DNA of 64,000 nt from Octopus sinensis. Lineage: Eukaryota. The number at the start of each line of letters is the position of its first letter. The first letter of the stretch is position 1. Positions 25,346-38,071 of the stretch are shown here, piece after piece. The notes under the pieces are model-generated. The model had not been told where the DNA came from. It made no database searches and saw nothing but the letters and a program-made list of their open reading frames with translations. The stretch covers positions 155,930,001-155,994,000 of the forward strand of contig NC_042998.1 in NCBI RefSeq assembly GCF_006345805.1, read 5' to 3'. Both the position numbers and the translations under genes were made by a program.

Positions 25346-27108
25346 TTTGAAATCCAGAAAAATAACAAATGTAGAGTCATTCACTTTATATTTGCTAATC
25401 TTTAATCCTCACAATATTTTCAGTTAGAACCGGATCATAATAGGTCAGGAATTCCATGATCCTCAACAAGTTATGTTATGGATTTACTGGAGAGCAAATC
25501 TTCTTTGCCTAAAAAAACTACTATGTCCTCTTAATTACATTTTGCCATTTCTCAGTCTCTCTCCTAATTCCACATCAATCCCAGTATTACTTTCTAACCA
25601 TCTCAGCAACACACTCTATGCTAGATGATAGTTCTTCCAGACCACACTTATTTCATGTTCCAGTAACATATCAAACAGCTTTCTCCATTTCTACTCTGTA
25701 TCCCAGTTTTCTTTGGATGCCATAATCAATTGAAGCCTTTGCAGTCATGATCCCATTGTATGCCAGTAAAGCCTGCAAAGCATCAATACTAGGGTTGTAT
25801 GTTGGATTTTACTCATCAGATATCTCATACTGGGATATATGATATATATCCATATGTTTTAGGCTTTTTACATGTTGAATGCTTTCATTGGTCTGTCTCT
25901 TCAAATGATTCTGTCTTCCAGAGTTTCTAACTTAGTTGACATTTCGTGTTGGTCTTATATATAAATCATATTATCATGATCATAGTTATTAGTAGTGCTG
26001 GTATCAACTGACCAGCTGAGGCAGAATACATATGATGGATATTCATTCTGCTGCTGTAGGAGCCAACTTCTAATATCTGGCAACCTCTGGCCAATTTCTT
26101 CTTTTCTTGCAGAGTTTCCCATCTTTTATGTACCAGATTTATCAGATTTATGCTGGCAAGAGGAAATAATACAAATTCTGAAATTTTAATAGGAATAAAA
26201 AAAATTTAGCATTTAATCCTCAAAACACATGTGTCTTGTGTAGAATTTGCAGTGATGAATACCAGTTTTAGCATTGTGACAACCAGGGACAGATTAAGAC
26301 CCACATAGGCCTTAAACACGTAAAAGATTTTGGTAATCCCATATATATGTAATTCAAATTATAAACAATAATAAGCCATGAAATAAATTTTTATTTTTCA
26401 AAAAGAAAAACTAACAGTAAGATAGAAAGTAATGTTTATTTTTATATAAAGGGTAAAGACCCCCTTCAGTCATGAATGGCCATGGGATTGCACCTAGAAA
26501 GTTCATCTCTGGGGCACAAACATGGGAAAGGTTGTTTATGGAAGACCAACAGTTGCCCATGCATACCAATCTCCCCTTTCCATGTCACCGATGTTATCCA
26601 TAGAAAAGGCAAAAGCCATTACAGCTTGACGCCAGTGACATTACAACTCATTTTTACAGCTGAGTGAACTAGATGTTATCTTTTGTACATAGATGCCATC
26701 CCCATACAACTTAAACACCCTGCAAAAAATCTACACAGCTTTCACAAATAGAGAACTTGAAAATATATCAATAGGGTTATGAGACTTTAGTTACCTTCAA
26801 CAGTACAATGGTATAATTATATTGCATGTTTAGGAAATAATTTGTATTTATCTTGGATAACATGCAAATTAAAACACTCAAAGTGGCTACACATGCTAGA
26901 CCTTACAATTGTCGATCTCTCAATATAACATGATGTGCATCCCAACATATGTATGTTTCTGCTCTTGCGTCAGAAGTGTTAGTGTAGAAAGAATGAAAGC
27001 CAAAAATTGTGTTCATTGAACTCACAGAAAACAATTAAAATGTGACAAGATAAATGTTTTCCTTGTATGTCAGGTAAAAGGCAAACGTATTTACATATCG
27101 TTAAATTA

Positions 27109-28340
27109 TCAGGCTGAGTAAAAAGTAAGCAACGTTTTGTAACATGAAATTCATCACAATATATTTCAACAATGCGGAAATTTTATTTATCAAAGAAAGT
27201 ACCATTACAATCAACACATTTTTGCCAACGAGTCACAAGTTTGTTTATTCTGGTAACATAAAAATCTGGAGTTCTGGAGCTGATGAACACTTTCAACATC
27301 GGTTTGATTTTTGAACTCCTTCTCTCGCAGGAAACCATCAAGGTGCTTGAAAAAGTGTTAGTCGGTAGGAGAAAGGTCTGAGGGATAAGATTGGTGGGGA
27401 AGAATTTCGTAGCCAAATTCCCTCAACTTCTGAAGCATCATTAGTTAAACGTGAGGTCGAGCATTGTCAAGAATTATTGGCCCTCTTCTGTTGACCAGTC
27501 TGGGACGAAGGAGTAGCAGTTTTTCGTTCATTTTGACAATTTCATGGCAATATGTTTCTGCAGTAATGGTTTTTCCAGGTTTTAAGAAGTTATAGTGGAT
27601 GAGTCCAGCAGTACACCACCAAACAATCACCATAACCATTTTTCTGAAGAGCTCGGGTTTAGGAAAGGTTTTTGGTGCCTCATTTTGGTCCAATTACCAC
27701 GAAGAACGTTTTTTATTATTGTACATAATCTAGTATTCATCGCAAGTTACAATACGGTCGAGAAATGGATCGGTCTAGTTACGGTGAGGAAGCCACGAAC
27801 AAATTTCATAGCAGCGCATTTTCTGATTTTCATTCAAATCGTCTGATACCCATTTGTTGGGCTTTTATGATTTTCCGATCGCATGCAAATGGTTGTAGGC
27901 AGTTTTCTGGCGAACTTTTTACAAAATTCAGTGGTTTTACGTGGATTTTTGTCAACGACGGTCTTTAATTGACCGTCATCGATGACAGATGAGCGTCCAC
28001 TACGGTCACGAACTTCAAGGCTCAGGTCTCCTTTGCGAAATCACTGGTCATTTCCTCACGAAACGTTTTGTTGATATCGCAAGCAGTTTCAGCTGCGTTA
28101 CGTCCTTTTTTGAAGTTGAATAACAAAATTGCTCAAATGATTTTACAATGGTGAAAAAAAAAATCAATGTTAATTTATTGATGCATTTGGACAAGTCTAT
28201 GTCTGTATTATCAAACAATTTCAAAAAATTGTTTAAACAAATTAAAAACTCTGCAAAAATCCGGTACATATTCAACATGATAGTACCTAATTGAGAACAG
28301 CATATAATTTGAACCGTTCGTAATGAAATTACTTTTCTAT
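27109..28340 (-). mobile_element. Mariner (DD34D, Mos1-like) transposon, near full length, inactivated
   Basis: Pieces DRIVTCDEY, WLDQNEAPK..PKPEL..KMVMVIVWW, RGPIILDNARPHV and FYVTRINKLVTRWQKCVDCNGTFFD; TA plus TIR-like tcaggctgagtaaaaagtaag at 27109; frameshifts. Confidence 0.92.
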
Positions 28341-28578
28341 CTGTAATTGCAGCATATAAATTAAAACTGTTGAATGATAAATAAAGGGACGTAATTTTAA
28401 TGCTTTAAGCTAATGGTAACCTCCCTTGTTACATTGCCATGTTCTTAATTTCTTTATATTTTTACGATCAATTTGCTCGTAGTGTCTTACGGTGTATTAT
28501 TTTAATCCTTTGGTGAATTCAGTCAACTGTTTCTTTATTCTGTTGTGTCGTGTTGAAAAATTATTGATTAGAAAAAAA

Positions 28579-30513
28579 GGTTAATATAGAGCGTAACAAA
28601 TATCAGAAAATCAAAAAAAAAATGTGTGTAATAGGTGTAAAACAACTTCCTATGAACGAATATGAAAAAAAAAATTCGCGCACGCGAAAGGGGGGTGGGG
28701 GAGATGCCTCGGAAAATTCACATCGGGAAGTTCCGAAAGCGTCTGAGGAGCTGACCCGGGCACCAAAACAAAAAAAAAATAGTGTAATATGTGTAAAACA
28801 ACTTGCTCTAAACGAATATGACAAAAAAAAAATGCGCTCTCGCGAAAGAGGGGTGGGGGAGAGGCCTCGGAATATTTATATCGGGAATTTCCGAAAGCGT
28901 CTGAACCGGGCACAAAAACAAAAACAAAACAGCGTAATAGGTGTAAAACAACTTGCTCTAAACGACTATCATGAAAAAAATGCGCGCTCGCGAAAGGGGG
29001 GTGGGGGAGAGGCTTCGGAAATTTCACATCTTCAGTCCACGGCCTTTAAACTAAGAAAAAATAGTGTAATTGGTGTAAAACTACTTGTTCTAAACGAGTA
29101 TCAAGAACACACACTCACACATGAATCATAAACTCCGTATTTCGCAAAAAAAAAAAAAATAAATAAAGAGAAGAAATTCTGGAAAAAGTGAAGAAATGTT
29201 GGATCTCATTCCTTGGTTAAAGCTATTTTAAACATTAAATTTATGCTTTTCTTTGAAATAGTTCAGATATATGCAATTCTTCTCACTTATTAAGATGCAT
29301 TTATCAGAAAAAAAGAGACAGAAAAAATTATTATTTTGTGTCAATCCTTCCCTAATTATCCTTTATTAATTAGTTTTGGCGTGTATTTTCTTCCCAAATT
29401 TATTTTTTCACCTTTACAACACTGTTTAGTAAAGCAATTAATTATCTTTATAATTTGCATATTTGACTTATTAATCAAAATTCTCTAGATGTAATATATA
29501 CTAAGTAATGCATCCTTCATTTATGTGTTCCGTTCTGTATTATGCATGCGTGACTGTTTGTATGTAAGTGTGTTTAACTGTGCACATGAATGTGAATATT
29601 AAAGAACATATTTATTTACTATGATTGTTATTTTCAGAACAAATAAATCTTTTGGCTGTTATGTTATTGATGTTATTATTATTGCTAGTTAAAGGGTGGT
29701 GACTTGGCTGAATATTTTGAGTCTTGTAGTATGTAGTTGTGTTAGTCAATATTCTGAGTTCAAATCCAACTCATTTCTTTATCATCATTATCGATGGACC
29801 ACTCAAAGAGGTATGTATACATTATCATTTTCGTAACATAATTTCTGTAGTATTTCAAGATGTTTCTGACACGTATTTTGATTCACATGGCGGAGATCCA
29901 ACATTTCTTCACTTTTTCCAGAATTTCTTCTCTTTATTTTTTTTTTTTGCGAAATACGGAGTTTATGATTCATGTGTGAGTGTGTGTTCTTGATACTCGT
30001 TTAGAACAAGTAGTTTTACACCAATTACACTATTTTTTCTTAGTTTAAAGGCCGTGGACTGAAGATGTGAAATTTCCGAAGCCTCTCCCCCACCCCCCTT
30101 TCGCGAGCGCGCATTTTTTTCATGATAGTCGTTTAGAGCAAGTTGTTTTACACCTATTACGCTGTTTTTGTTTTTGTTTTTGTGCCCGGTTCAGACGCTT
30201 TCGGAAATTCCCGATATAAATATTCCGAGGCCTCTCCCCCACCCTTCTTTCTCGAGAGCGCATTTTTTTTTTCATATTCGTTTAGAGCAAGTTGTTTTCA
30301 CATATTACACTATTTTTTTTTTGTTTTGGTGCCCGGGTCAGCTCCTCAGACGCTTTCGGAACTTCCCGATGTGAATTTTCCGAGGCCTCTCCCCCACCCC
30401 CCTTTCGCGTGCGCGAATTTTTTTTTTCATATTCGTTCATAGGAAGTTGTTTTACACCTATTACACACATTTTTTTTTTGATTTTCTGATATTTGTTACG
30501 CCCTATATTAACC
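28579..30513. mobile_element. Non-autonomous DNA transposon with about 625-bp modular TIRs (Merlin/Foldback-like)
   Basis: Arms 28579-29207 and 29893-30513 are near-identical inverted repeats built of about 150-bp subrepeats; GGTTAATATAG..CTATATTAACC ends; 8-bp TSD GAAAAAAA on both sides. Confidence 0.88.
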
Positions 30514-30876
30514 GAAAAAAAAAAGAAACATTTGGAAGATTTTTACTGTCGCACTTTGTCTTGTTGAACGGGTGTTATCCCTGATCGGCGGACTTCCGGA
30601 ATAGCTATCACAACCTCATGGAGAAGGAAAAGGGCAAGAAATTGATGGAGTTCTGTGAAAGATTTTTGAGTCCAAAAGTTTAATTTTTTACATTATTGCC
30701 CTTCCCCCAATTTCGTGCCCTTTTTCGGTAAAGACTGGTGTAAGAATATAATGATAATCCAAATATTTTGATACTTAAAATATTTCACAGGATTATTTTT
30801 TCTTTTAGCTCTTACTTCTTTCACTCATTAGTCTGCGGCCATGCTGGAGCACCACCTTAAAGAACTTTTAATCAAT

Positions 30877-31771
30877 GACGGAAACGTAACCCGACCCCAC
30901 TTGAAAAACTTTTTTTTACGGAAACCCACGTTTTCGGGTATGGAGATTCCGATTCTGTAGAAAAAAAAATTGACAAAAATCGCAACCACGCCCCCCCCCC
31001 CCTCCCCATTTCTTCATTTTCCACTTTTTTTCAGAAATTTTTGGGGCGAAATACGTTGTAAGATACGGAGATTATGATTCTGCAAAAAAAAAAAAAAAAT
31101 TGTTTGTAAAATTTCAATTTTTCCAAAAAAAAAATTTAGATTACCCCCTCCCTTCCCGATTCTACGACCTTCAAGCAGGCTACTCACCTGCTAGAAATAA
31201 CAGCCAAATCTCAAACAAACTTTTTACCATTTGTATCGAATGCTTTGCTGTATCAGTCTTTGCTTTTTCCCTTGGATAACATTGGTGGCATGGAGAGGGT
31301 AGGATGGTATGCATGGGTGACTGTTGGTCTTCTATGAACAAATTTGTCCGGACTTGTACCCTAGAGAGAACTTTTAGGTGCAATCTTATGGTCATTCATG
31401 ACCAAAGGGAATCTTTATTCACTAGTAACCATACTGGTTCTCTATAAAAACCTGCACTACCGCGCCTCCTTCCCATAGATCATTCCCTTGTCCACTGGAC
31501 CCCACCCCACAAGATGTTAAATGATGATGGTGAGTTATATATTTTTTGTGGAAATGTTCCTGAATATAACAACACAAAAATAACCACTAAAGAGTTAACG
31601 ATGATGATAATGATGATAAAAGTGATGATGATGTTAACTACACTGTTGATGATGACAATCAAAGCAATGATGAACATTTTTTTTCAGAATCAGACTCTCC
31701 ATAGCTGAAAACGTGGGTTTCCATGAAAAAAAAAAATTTAAGTGGGGAAGGTCTTGGGTTATATCTCTGCC
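30877..31771. mobile_element. Older TIR element inserted in a SINE-like repeat
   Basis: ggaaacccacgttttcgggtatggagattccgattctg (about 30920-30958) is inverted at about 31684-31722; shares gcgaaatacg..atacggag.ttatgattc motifs with the 28579-30513 element; no clear TSD. Confidence 0.55.
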
Positions 31772-33192
31772 TTGTGCACTTTTTTTTTTTAAGCCCAGTA
31801 CGTTTTTTTACTTATTCTATTGGTGTCTTTTACTGAAGCGCTAAGTTATGGGGACATAAACACACCAACACCAGTTGTCAAGCAGTGGTGAGTGACAAAC
31901 AAAGACACACGCACATGCATATGCTCACCCACATAATGCGTTTATTACAGTTTCCATCTACCAAATCCACTCACAAGGCTTTGGTTGGCTTGAGGCTTAA
32001 CCCAAGTTGCCACACAGTGGGACTGAACCTGGAACCATGTGGTTTGGAAGCAAACTTCTTACCTCACAATCCTACCTTTTCTTCAAAAATATGCTTTGAT
32101 TTGAAGTAGTTGTGAAGGTCATAAATAAATATGTCAAAGTCAACAACATCAAATAATTGAAGATACCTACGTCTTGCACAGAAAATATAGCATACTTTAG
32201 TCTTAGTTTTAGGCTATCTTTGAATTGTAATTTAACTTTAAGAGAGGTGATAACAATGTCCCAAAGTTGAGAGTATGTAAGTCTTATTATTTATCAATTT
32301 TTCTTATTATTGTTTACTTTTGCAAATTGTGTTCTTTTTCAGTAAATAACAGGAAATGGCTTTCTTAGAGAAATTAAGAAATACTATCAAGTTACATTGA
32401 TGAAATAAACAAAGAGGCATCTATTCTCTATCATTAAAATAGTTTATATGCCAACTTACTAAAAACTTGTTATAGAGCCAATCCTTTTAGTTGTTTATAA
32501 TAATATACTGGTTGTTAATAAAGAAATTCAAAGCTTAATCTTGGTTTTCTCCTGATAGTCTGCATACAATCAGTAAATATTACAGTCTGTATGTCTTTCA
32601 GCAATTATTTCTGCTTATCTTATTAAAAAGCTTCTTAACTCAGAATAGTGTCCTTTTAATTGAATGCTATCATATTTCATTATAATACGGACGAGATGTT
32701 CTTTTCTGATGTTCAATAGTCAAAATAAATGGTCATTTATTTTACTGAGAATTCTGATGGAAAAATATTTAAAAGGTGTTTGTTACATCAAAATGTATTT
32801 CTTATATAGTTTAACATGCTATGCTTAGCCTTTTTTCTGAATTGACTTATGAATTATAATGAGGAGGATGATACTAATTTTTGTTTATGATTTAGGCACA
32901 AGGCCAGCAATTTTGGAAGAAGGGGAAGTAGTTGATTATCAGCTTCAGTACTTGACTGGTACCTTTTTTATTGACCCTGACACAATTGATTGAAGTTAAC
33001 TATGATAAAATTTCAACTTTAAGTCATTTATTCCAAAGCTGTACTATTTCTCTGAATTACCTTGACCAAGTCTCTTGCTTCAACACATTCATTCATGATG
33101 TATAACCAGTTGTTCATGTGAATGTATGCTCCACCCCAACAATCTTACCTGCACAAACACATGCATACACACACACATACACACACACACAA

Positions 33193-33254
<62 letters not shown>

Positions 33255-33286
33255 CCAGTTGGTTCTATGTAAGCCAGAAAAAGCAT

Positions 33287-33713
33287 TCTATATATATAAA
33301 GCTGGGGATGCGTGTGTGTGTGTAAATCCGCAGAACTTCTGAAGTTTGCAACTGATTTTCTCCAAACTGGGAACATACATTACTTATGTTCCAGAGATGG
33401 TTTTAGACTCTTAAAATTTTTCACATAATGAGTAATGGGGTGCCCGTGGGCAGAAAACCCCCTTTCCTGGGGTACATACAACTGCCCGCATGGTCTACCC
33501 ATTGCTTCTGTTCAAACTGGAAAAAACAGCTACTGAAATGATATAAGTAGGTTGTATTAAATGGATGAACCGATGTAGACTTCAAACTGCATTGGCTAAG
33601 TGGTAGCAATAAGATGTGGATTAAGAAACTATAAGGGTACTCAGTACAATGCATATTGTAGAGTATGCATATATACATACCAGATCCTACAATGCACTCC
33701 AATATCCACTGCT
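33287..33713 (+). repeat. About 425-bp direct repeat, copy 1 (possibly non-autonomous Helitron-like 5' part)
   Basis: Near-identical to 34544-34972; starts TCTATATATATAAA followed by (GT)n. Confidence 0.7.
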
Positions 33714-33896
33714 CTTTGTGAACAGTGAAGATGGATACTATTTCAGCATTTCACGAGGGTGGTCATGCAACCCGTATCCCCTTGGCCTCGACATCAATTA
33801 TGGGCAGCATCTCCACAAGTGCCTCTACTCATTTGCGGGGATGTGCAGCTAATTACTGCAAACACTAAAGACACTATGTAATTAACACATGTTTAA

Positions 33897-34099
33897 CCCT
33901 TTTGATACCAACCCACCTGAAACAGCCTCTGGCTCTATAGTCTTGTTTTCAAAAGTTCTGAATTAAAATCTTCCACCAAACCTTAATCACAATTTATGTT
34001 CCTAACACTAGTTTAATGATAACTAAGTTATTTTAGTAAATTCTTTGTTATAATTATATTGAAAGAAACACTCTCAAGAGAAATATGGTAACAAAAGGG
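33897..34099. mobile_element. piggyBac-type MITE
   Basis: TTAA|CCCTTTTGATACCA...TGGTAACAAAAGGG|TTAA. Confidence 0.85.
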
Positions 34100-34543
34100 T
34101 TAATCATACTGAAAGTGCTAAGCTTGTACCTTATGGTTAAAGCCTGAAATTCTATGTGGTTGAGATATTTCTCAAATACCAAATACGACCTTTAAAAAAT
34201 GCCTCAACATGCTACAACATTAATGATAGTTAAAATGGCTAAAATTTTTTTTTTTAATTAAACTCTTCAATTCAGTTAAACTACTGTGTTCACTTCATAG
34301 TTGAATGATTATTGTTAACAAAGTAATCCAACTGCAAAAAATACCTGTTCCAACAGTTCATGTAATTGAATTTGTTTAACTGTCGAACCTTTTCTGACAT
34401 GAAGCCATGTGTGAACTAAAGGAATTTAACAGAATACTGTGATCTTAATAATAGCCAATAATCTCAGTAATTGCAGAAACAGACTAAATTAAATTATAAA
34501 TTTTGTTGTGTCACTTTTCCCTCTTTAGGATTTGCATTATTTA

Positions 34544-34972
34544 TCTACATATATAAAACTGGCTGTGTGTGTGTGTGTGCGTGCTTGCGTGCATGTTTAA
34601 GCCCACAGAACTTCTGAAGCTCGCAACTGATTTTCTTCAAACTGGAAACATACATTACTTATGTTCCAGAGATGGTTTTAGGCTCTTGAAATTTTTCACA
34701 TAATGAGTAATAGAGCGCCCGGGGGCAGAAAACCCCCTTTCCTGGGGTACATACAACTGCCCGCATGGTCTACACATTGCCTCTGTTCAAACTGGAAAAA
34801 ACAGCTACTGAAATGATATAAGTAGGTTGTATTAAATGGATGAACCGATGTAGACTTCAAACTGCATTGGCTAAGTGGTAGCAATAAGATGTGGATTAAG
34901 AAACTATAAGGGTACTCAGTACAATGCATATATACATACCAGATCCTACAATGCACTCCAATATCCACTGCT
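34544..34972 (+). repeat. About 425-bp direct repeat, copy 2
   Basis: Matches 33287-33713 except for a small indel; joined directly to the RT remnant that follows. Confidence 0.7.
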
Positions 34973-34974
34973 AC

Positions 34975-36050
34975 CAGCATCCCCTGAAAGGTCATGCTAG
35001 GGTCGAGTTCAAAGACGAGGTAGAGAGATGGATCAAGGAAGGAGTCCTTATCCCATGGAAGGAGGAGGTGGTGAGCAGAGTGCTACCTCTGATGGCGGTG
35101 GTGCAGCCAATGAAGGGAAAAGTCAGGCTGGTGCTGGACTTTAGAGAACTGAACAACCATATATTGTGCCACATGGGAGGTGAGGTGATGGACATTTGTG
35201 GCGAGATGTTACATGCGTGGATTGTCAACTTGAATTGGCATATTTGCAGCTCCATGTGAGTGACAAACTGTGTTGATATCAGCTGGTGTGGTACAAGGGC
35301 TAAACATACTGTTTAACCAGGCTGGGTTTTGGACTGAATTCCGCTCCGAAGATCATGGCATCAGTGCTTAAGTCCATCCTAGGGAAAGAGTACAAGATAA
35401 GAAAGGCCACCAGTTCCTACATAGAAGACATTTTGGTGGATGAGACTGTAGTGCCAGCCACTGAGGTAGTGAGACATCTGGAGAAATGTGGGCTGATTGT
35501 GAAGCCACCGGGTCGATGGCGGGGGGTGGGGGGGAGCTGCTCTGGGGCTGAAGCTACAAAGAGATAGATCAGATGAGTTGGTGTTCCGGAGAGGAAATGA
35601 AATCCCAGAGCTGAGTTCTAGCATCAGCAGGAGAGCTGTTCTCGGTGTGTGGGAAGTTGGTCGGTTACTACCCGATCGCTAGATGGCTGTGCACAGCATG
35701 CAGTTACACCAAGAGACCAGCGGAGAGGGAGAGTTGGGGTGACAAGTTGGGAGAGGGGATGGTGGCGATGATGCAGGAAATCCTAGAGAGGACAAGAGCG
35801 GAAGACCCGGTCAGGGGAAACTGGTATGTGCCCAAGATGGAATGCGGGACCGTTTCATGTGATGCTAGCAGTATAGCAATAGGAGTTGTGTTGGAGATTG
35901 AAGGCGCTAAGGTGGAGGACGTGGCCTGGCTTCGGAAAGCAGACGGCTTTAACCACTCAATGTCACCAAATTAGACGCGGTGCTTAAGGGGGTGAACTTG
36001 GCCATGAAATGGGGGCTGTGCTCAATCGAAATTCAGACGGATTCAGCCAC
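34975..36050 (+). mobile_element. Gypsy-like LTR retrotransposon RT-RNase H remnant
   Basis: VLPLMAVVQPMKGKVRLVLDFRELN, YCLTRLGFGLNSAPKIM, SSYIEDILVD (YxDD equivalent), CDASSIAIGVVLE, LDAVLKGVNLA..IQTDSAT; GC-richer than flanks. Confidence 0.85.
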
Positions 36051-36155
36051 TTCGCTTTTAAAAACATGTCTCATGACTTTTATTTATGCATGCTAACTAC
36101 TAGTAATAAATTATTTTAATTTATTACCCTCATATTTACGGTAGGTATATATATA

Positions 36156-36197
<42 letters not shown>

Positions 36198-36499
36198 TGT
36201 CATCATTGGCTGTCCGTCGTAGTCAATGTTGAATGTTCTGTTCAGTTCTCTGAACAAAACACCTTTGGATGGTGAGAAGGCAGTTGGCATTCTCTTCCCA
36301 CCAGACATCTACTCTGGGCCACCACACCAAATACCATGAATGTACCTGGTCAACAATGTGGCTGCCTCAGCTGCAGCTCACTTGCTAGTTGACACCTGGT
36401 TGTTGTCTGATAGTATAGATCTTCTGCCTGGCTGCAATAACCTCCAAGTCATTGCACTAGGACTCCTCCACCTTGACAAGACAATATATATATATATAT

Positions 36500-38012
36500 A
36501 TTGTGCTGTTTAATAAAAGTTTGACATGGGTCAAGCATTTCAACTCCAAGGGTTCCTTTGAAGTGGCAATAGGAGTCTACGACAGCACTGACATTTGGGA
36601 CCCCATTGGACTATACATCCTGAACACCTCAGGGAAGAAGTTCTCTTCAATCATCTTCAGTCTCTACAGAGATGATGGCCTGGCCATCTCTAGATGAGCC
36701 AACGGGCACACCCTTGATAGACTTAGAAAGGACCTGACTTGTGCCCTAGACTCCATGGAACTCAAAATAACTATTGAGGCCAACTTCACCATTGTAAACT
36801 TCCTAGACATCACACTAGACTTGCACTCCCACATACCAAACACAAGGCTGTCTTACACCTGCCTATCTTGTTCAGGAACCTAGTGAAGGGTGTCAGCAAG
36901 TGGATCTTGAACCTGTCCTTGAATCAAGAAATTTTCAACATTGTGACTCCCTATTATAATGAGGCCCTGGTGTCCAGTGGGCTTAAGGATTGCATCTCCG
37001 ATATGCTGGGCCCTAGCACCAGCAAACAGAAGCACTGCCAGAACATTGTTTGGTTTCCCTCACTCTTCTCACTCAACATTAAAACTTATGTGGGAAGGAT
37101 ATTCTTTAGGTTAGTAGACAAGCACTTCATGCAGACACATAGGTATGATAGCAATAGTGGAGGTGGCAGATGACAGCAATGACTGCAGCACCAACACCAG
37201 CACTACGACCAGGGATGACTACTGCAATGGCAACAACTACAGAGATATTGCCAGACCCAAGCCCCATAATAACAGCATTGATGATAGCTCCAACAACAAC
37301 AGCACCCGGAGCCAAGAGAAGATATACCAGAGGTATGAACACAACTTGCAGTCAAATTCGGAGATATATTGCATGAGCTGAAACTGCCTTTAAACAGCAC
37401 ATGTACAACCACAGGCCCTCTTTTAGGGTTCTGGAAAGACATTATGTGTGGTGCCTTTAGGATGAAGGAACTCCATACAAAATTAATTGGAGGATCAGAG
37501 ACCAGTAGGAGTCCTATATAAACGGGAGTGGATGATGCATGCTTTGCACAGCAGAGTGAGCAAAGACCCTTACAAACTCACTGGACCTGAGATCTCTTAA
37601 ACTCAAGACATTGCTTGCTGTAGGTGTGGAATTCCCTGTTCATTGATTAGAGCGGGAGAAGTTCATGCAGACCAGAAACAGCCTAAGGATAGGAATTCCC
37701 TGTTTGCCTTTTAGGTCCATAAGATTTGACAACTGGACCAGTCTAAGGTAGATAACTTGTCCAGTTTAAAGTTCAAGCAGTGTATATTATTCTGGGTTTA
37801 CAAATTGACTGTAACAGTATTCTGCCTCCAGTTTGAAGAGAGGTTATATGCCCTCCACCATTAGAGTCTGACGAGTCATCTATAAAGCTAAGCACTTCTT
37901 GGATGGGAAACCATTGTTCATTCCATGACTGGACATATGTTTAACTGCATGTAAATATATTACTGCTCTATCCTTTAGAGTGAGCTTCTTTTTGGGATAG
38001 ATAATCCACTGA

Positions 38013-38013
<1 letters not shown>
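36500..38013 (+). mobile_element. Penelope-like element remnant (RT with LYRDDGL, linker, GIY-YIG region, pLTR with hammerhead motif)
   Basis: FEVAIGVYDS..IGLYILN..LYRDDGLA, VNFLDITLDL, NIVWFPSLFSLNIKTYVGRIFFRLVDKHF; degenerate hammerhead GAGU-CUGACGAG..GAAAC..UUC-AUUC at 37864-37923; flanked by (TA)n. Confidence 0.85.

Positions 38014-38071
<58 letters not shown>

Noticed and set aside
28622-29131. 169-aa basic repetitive ORF and mirror ORFs at 30143-30489
   Set aside because: They lie wholly in the modular TIR; the frame is not kept in the other arm because of homopolymer length differences.
37127-37442. Overlapping Ala/Thr/Asn-rich ORFs
   Set aside because: Low-complexity linker inside the decayed Penelope-like element.
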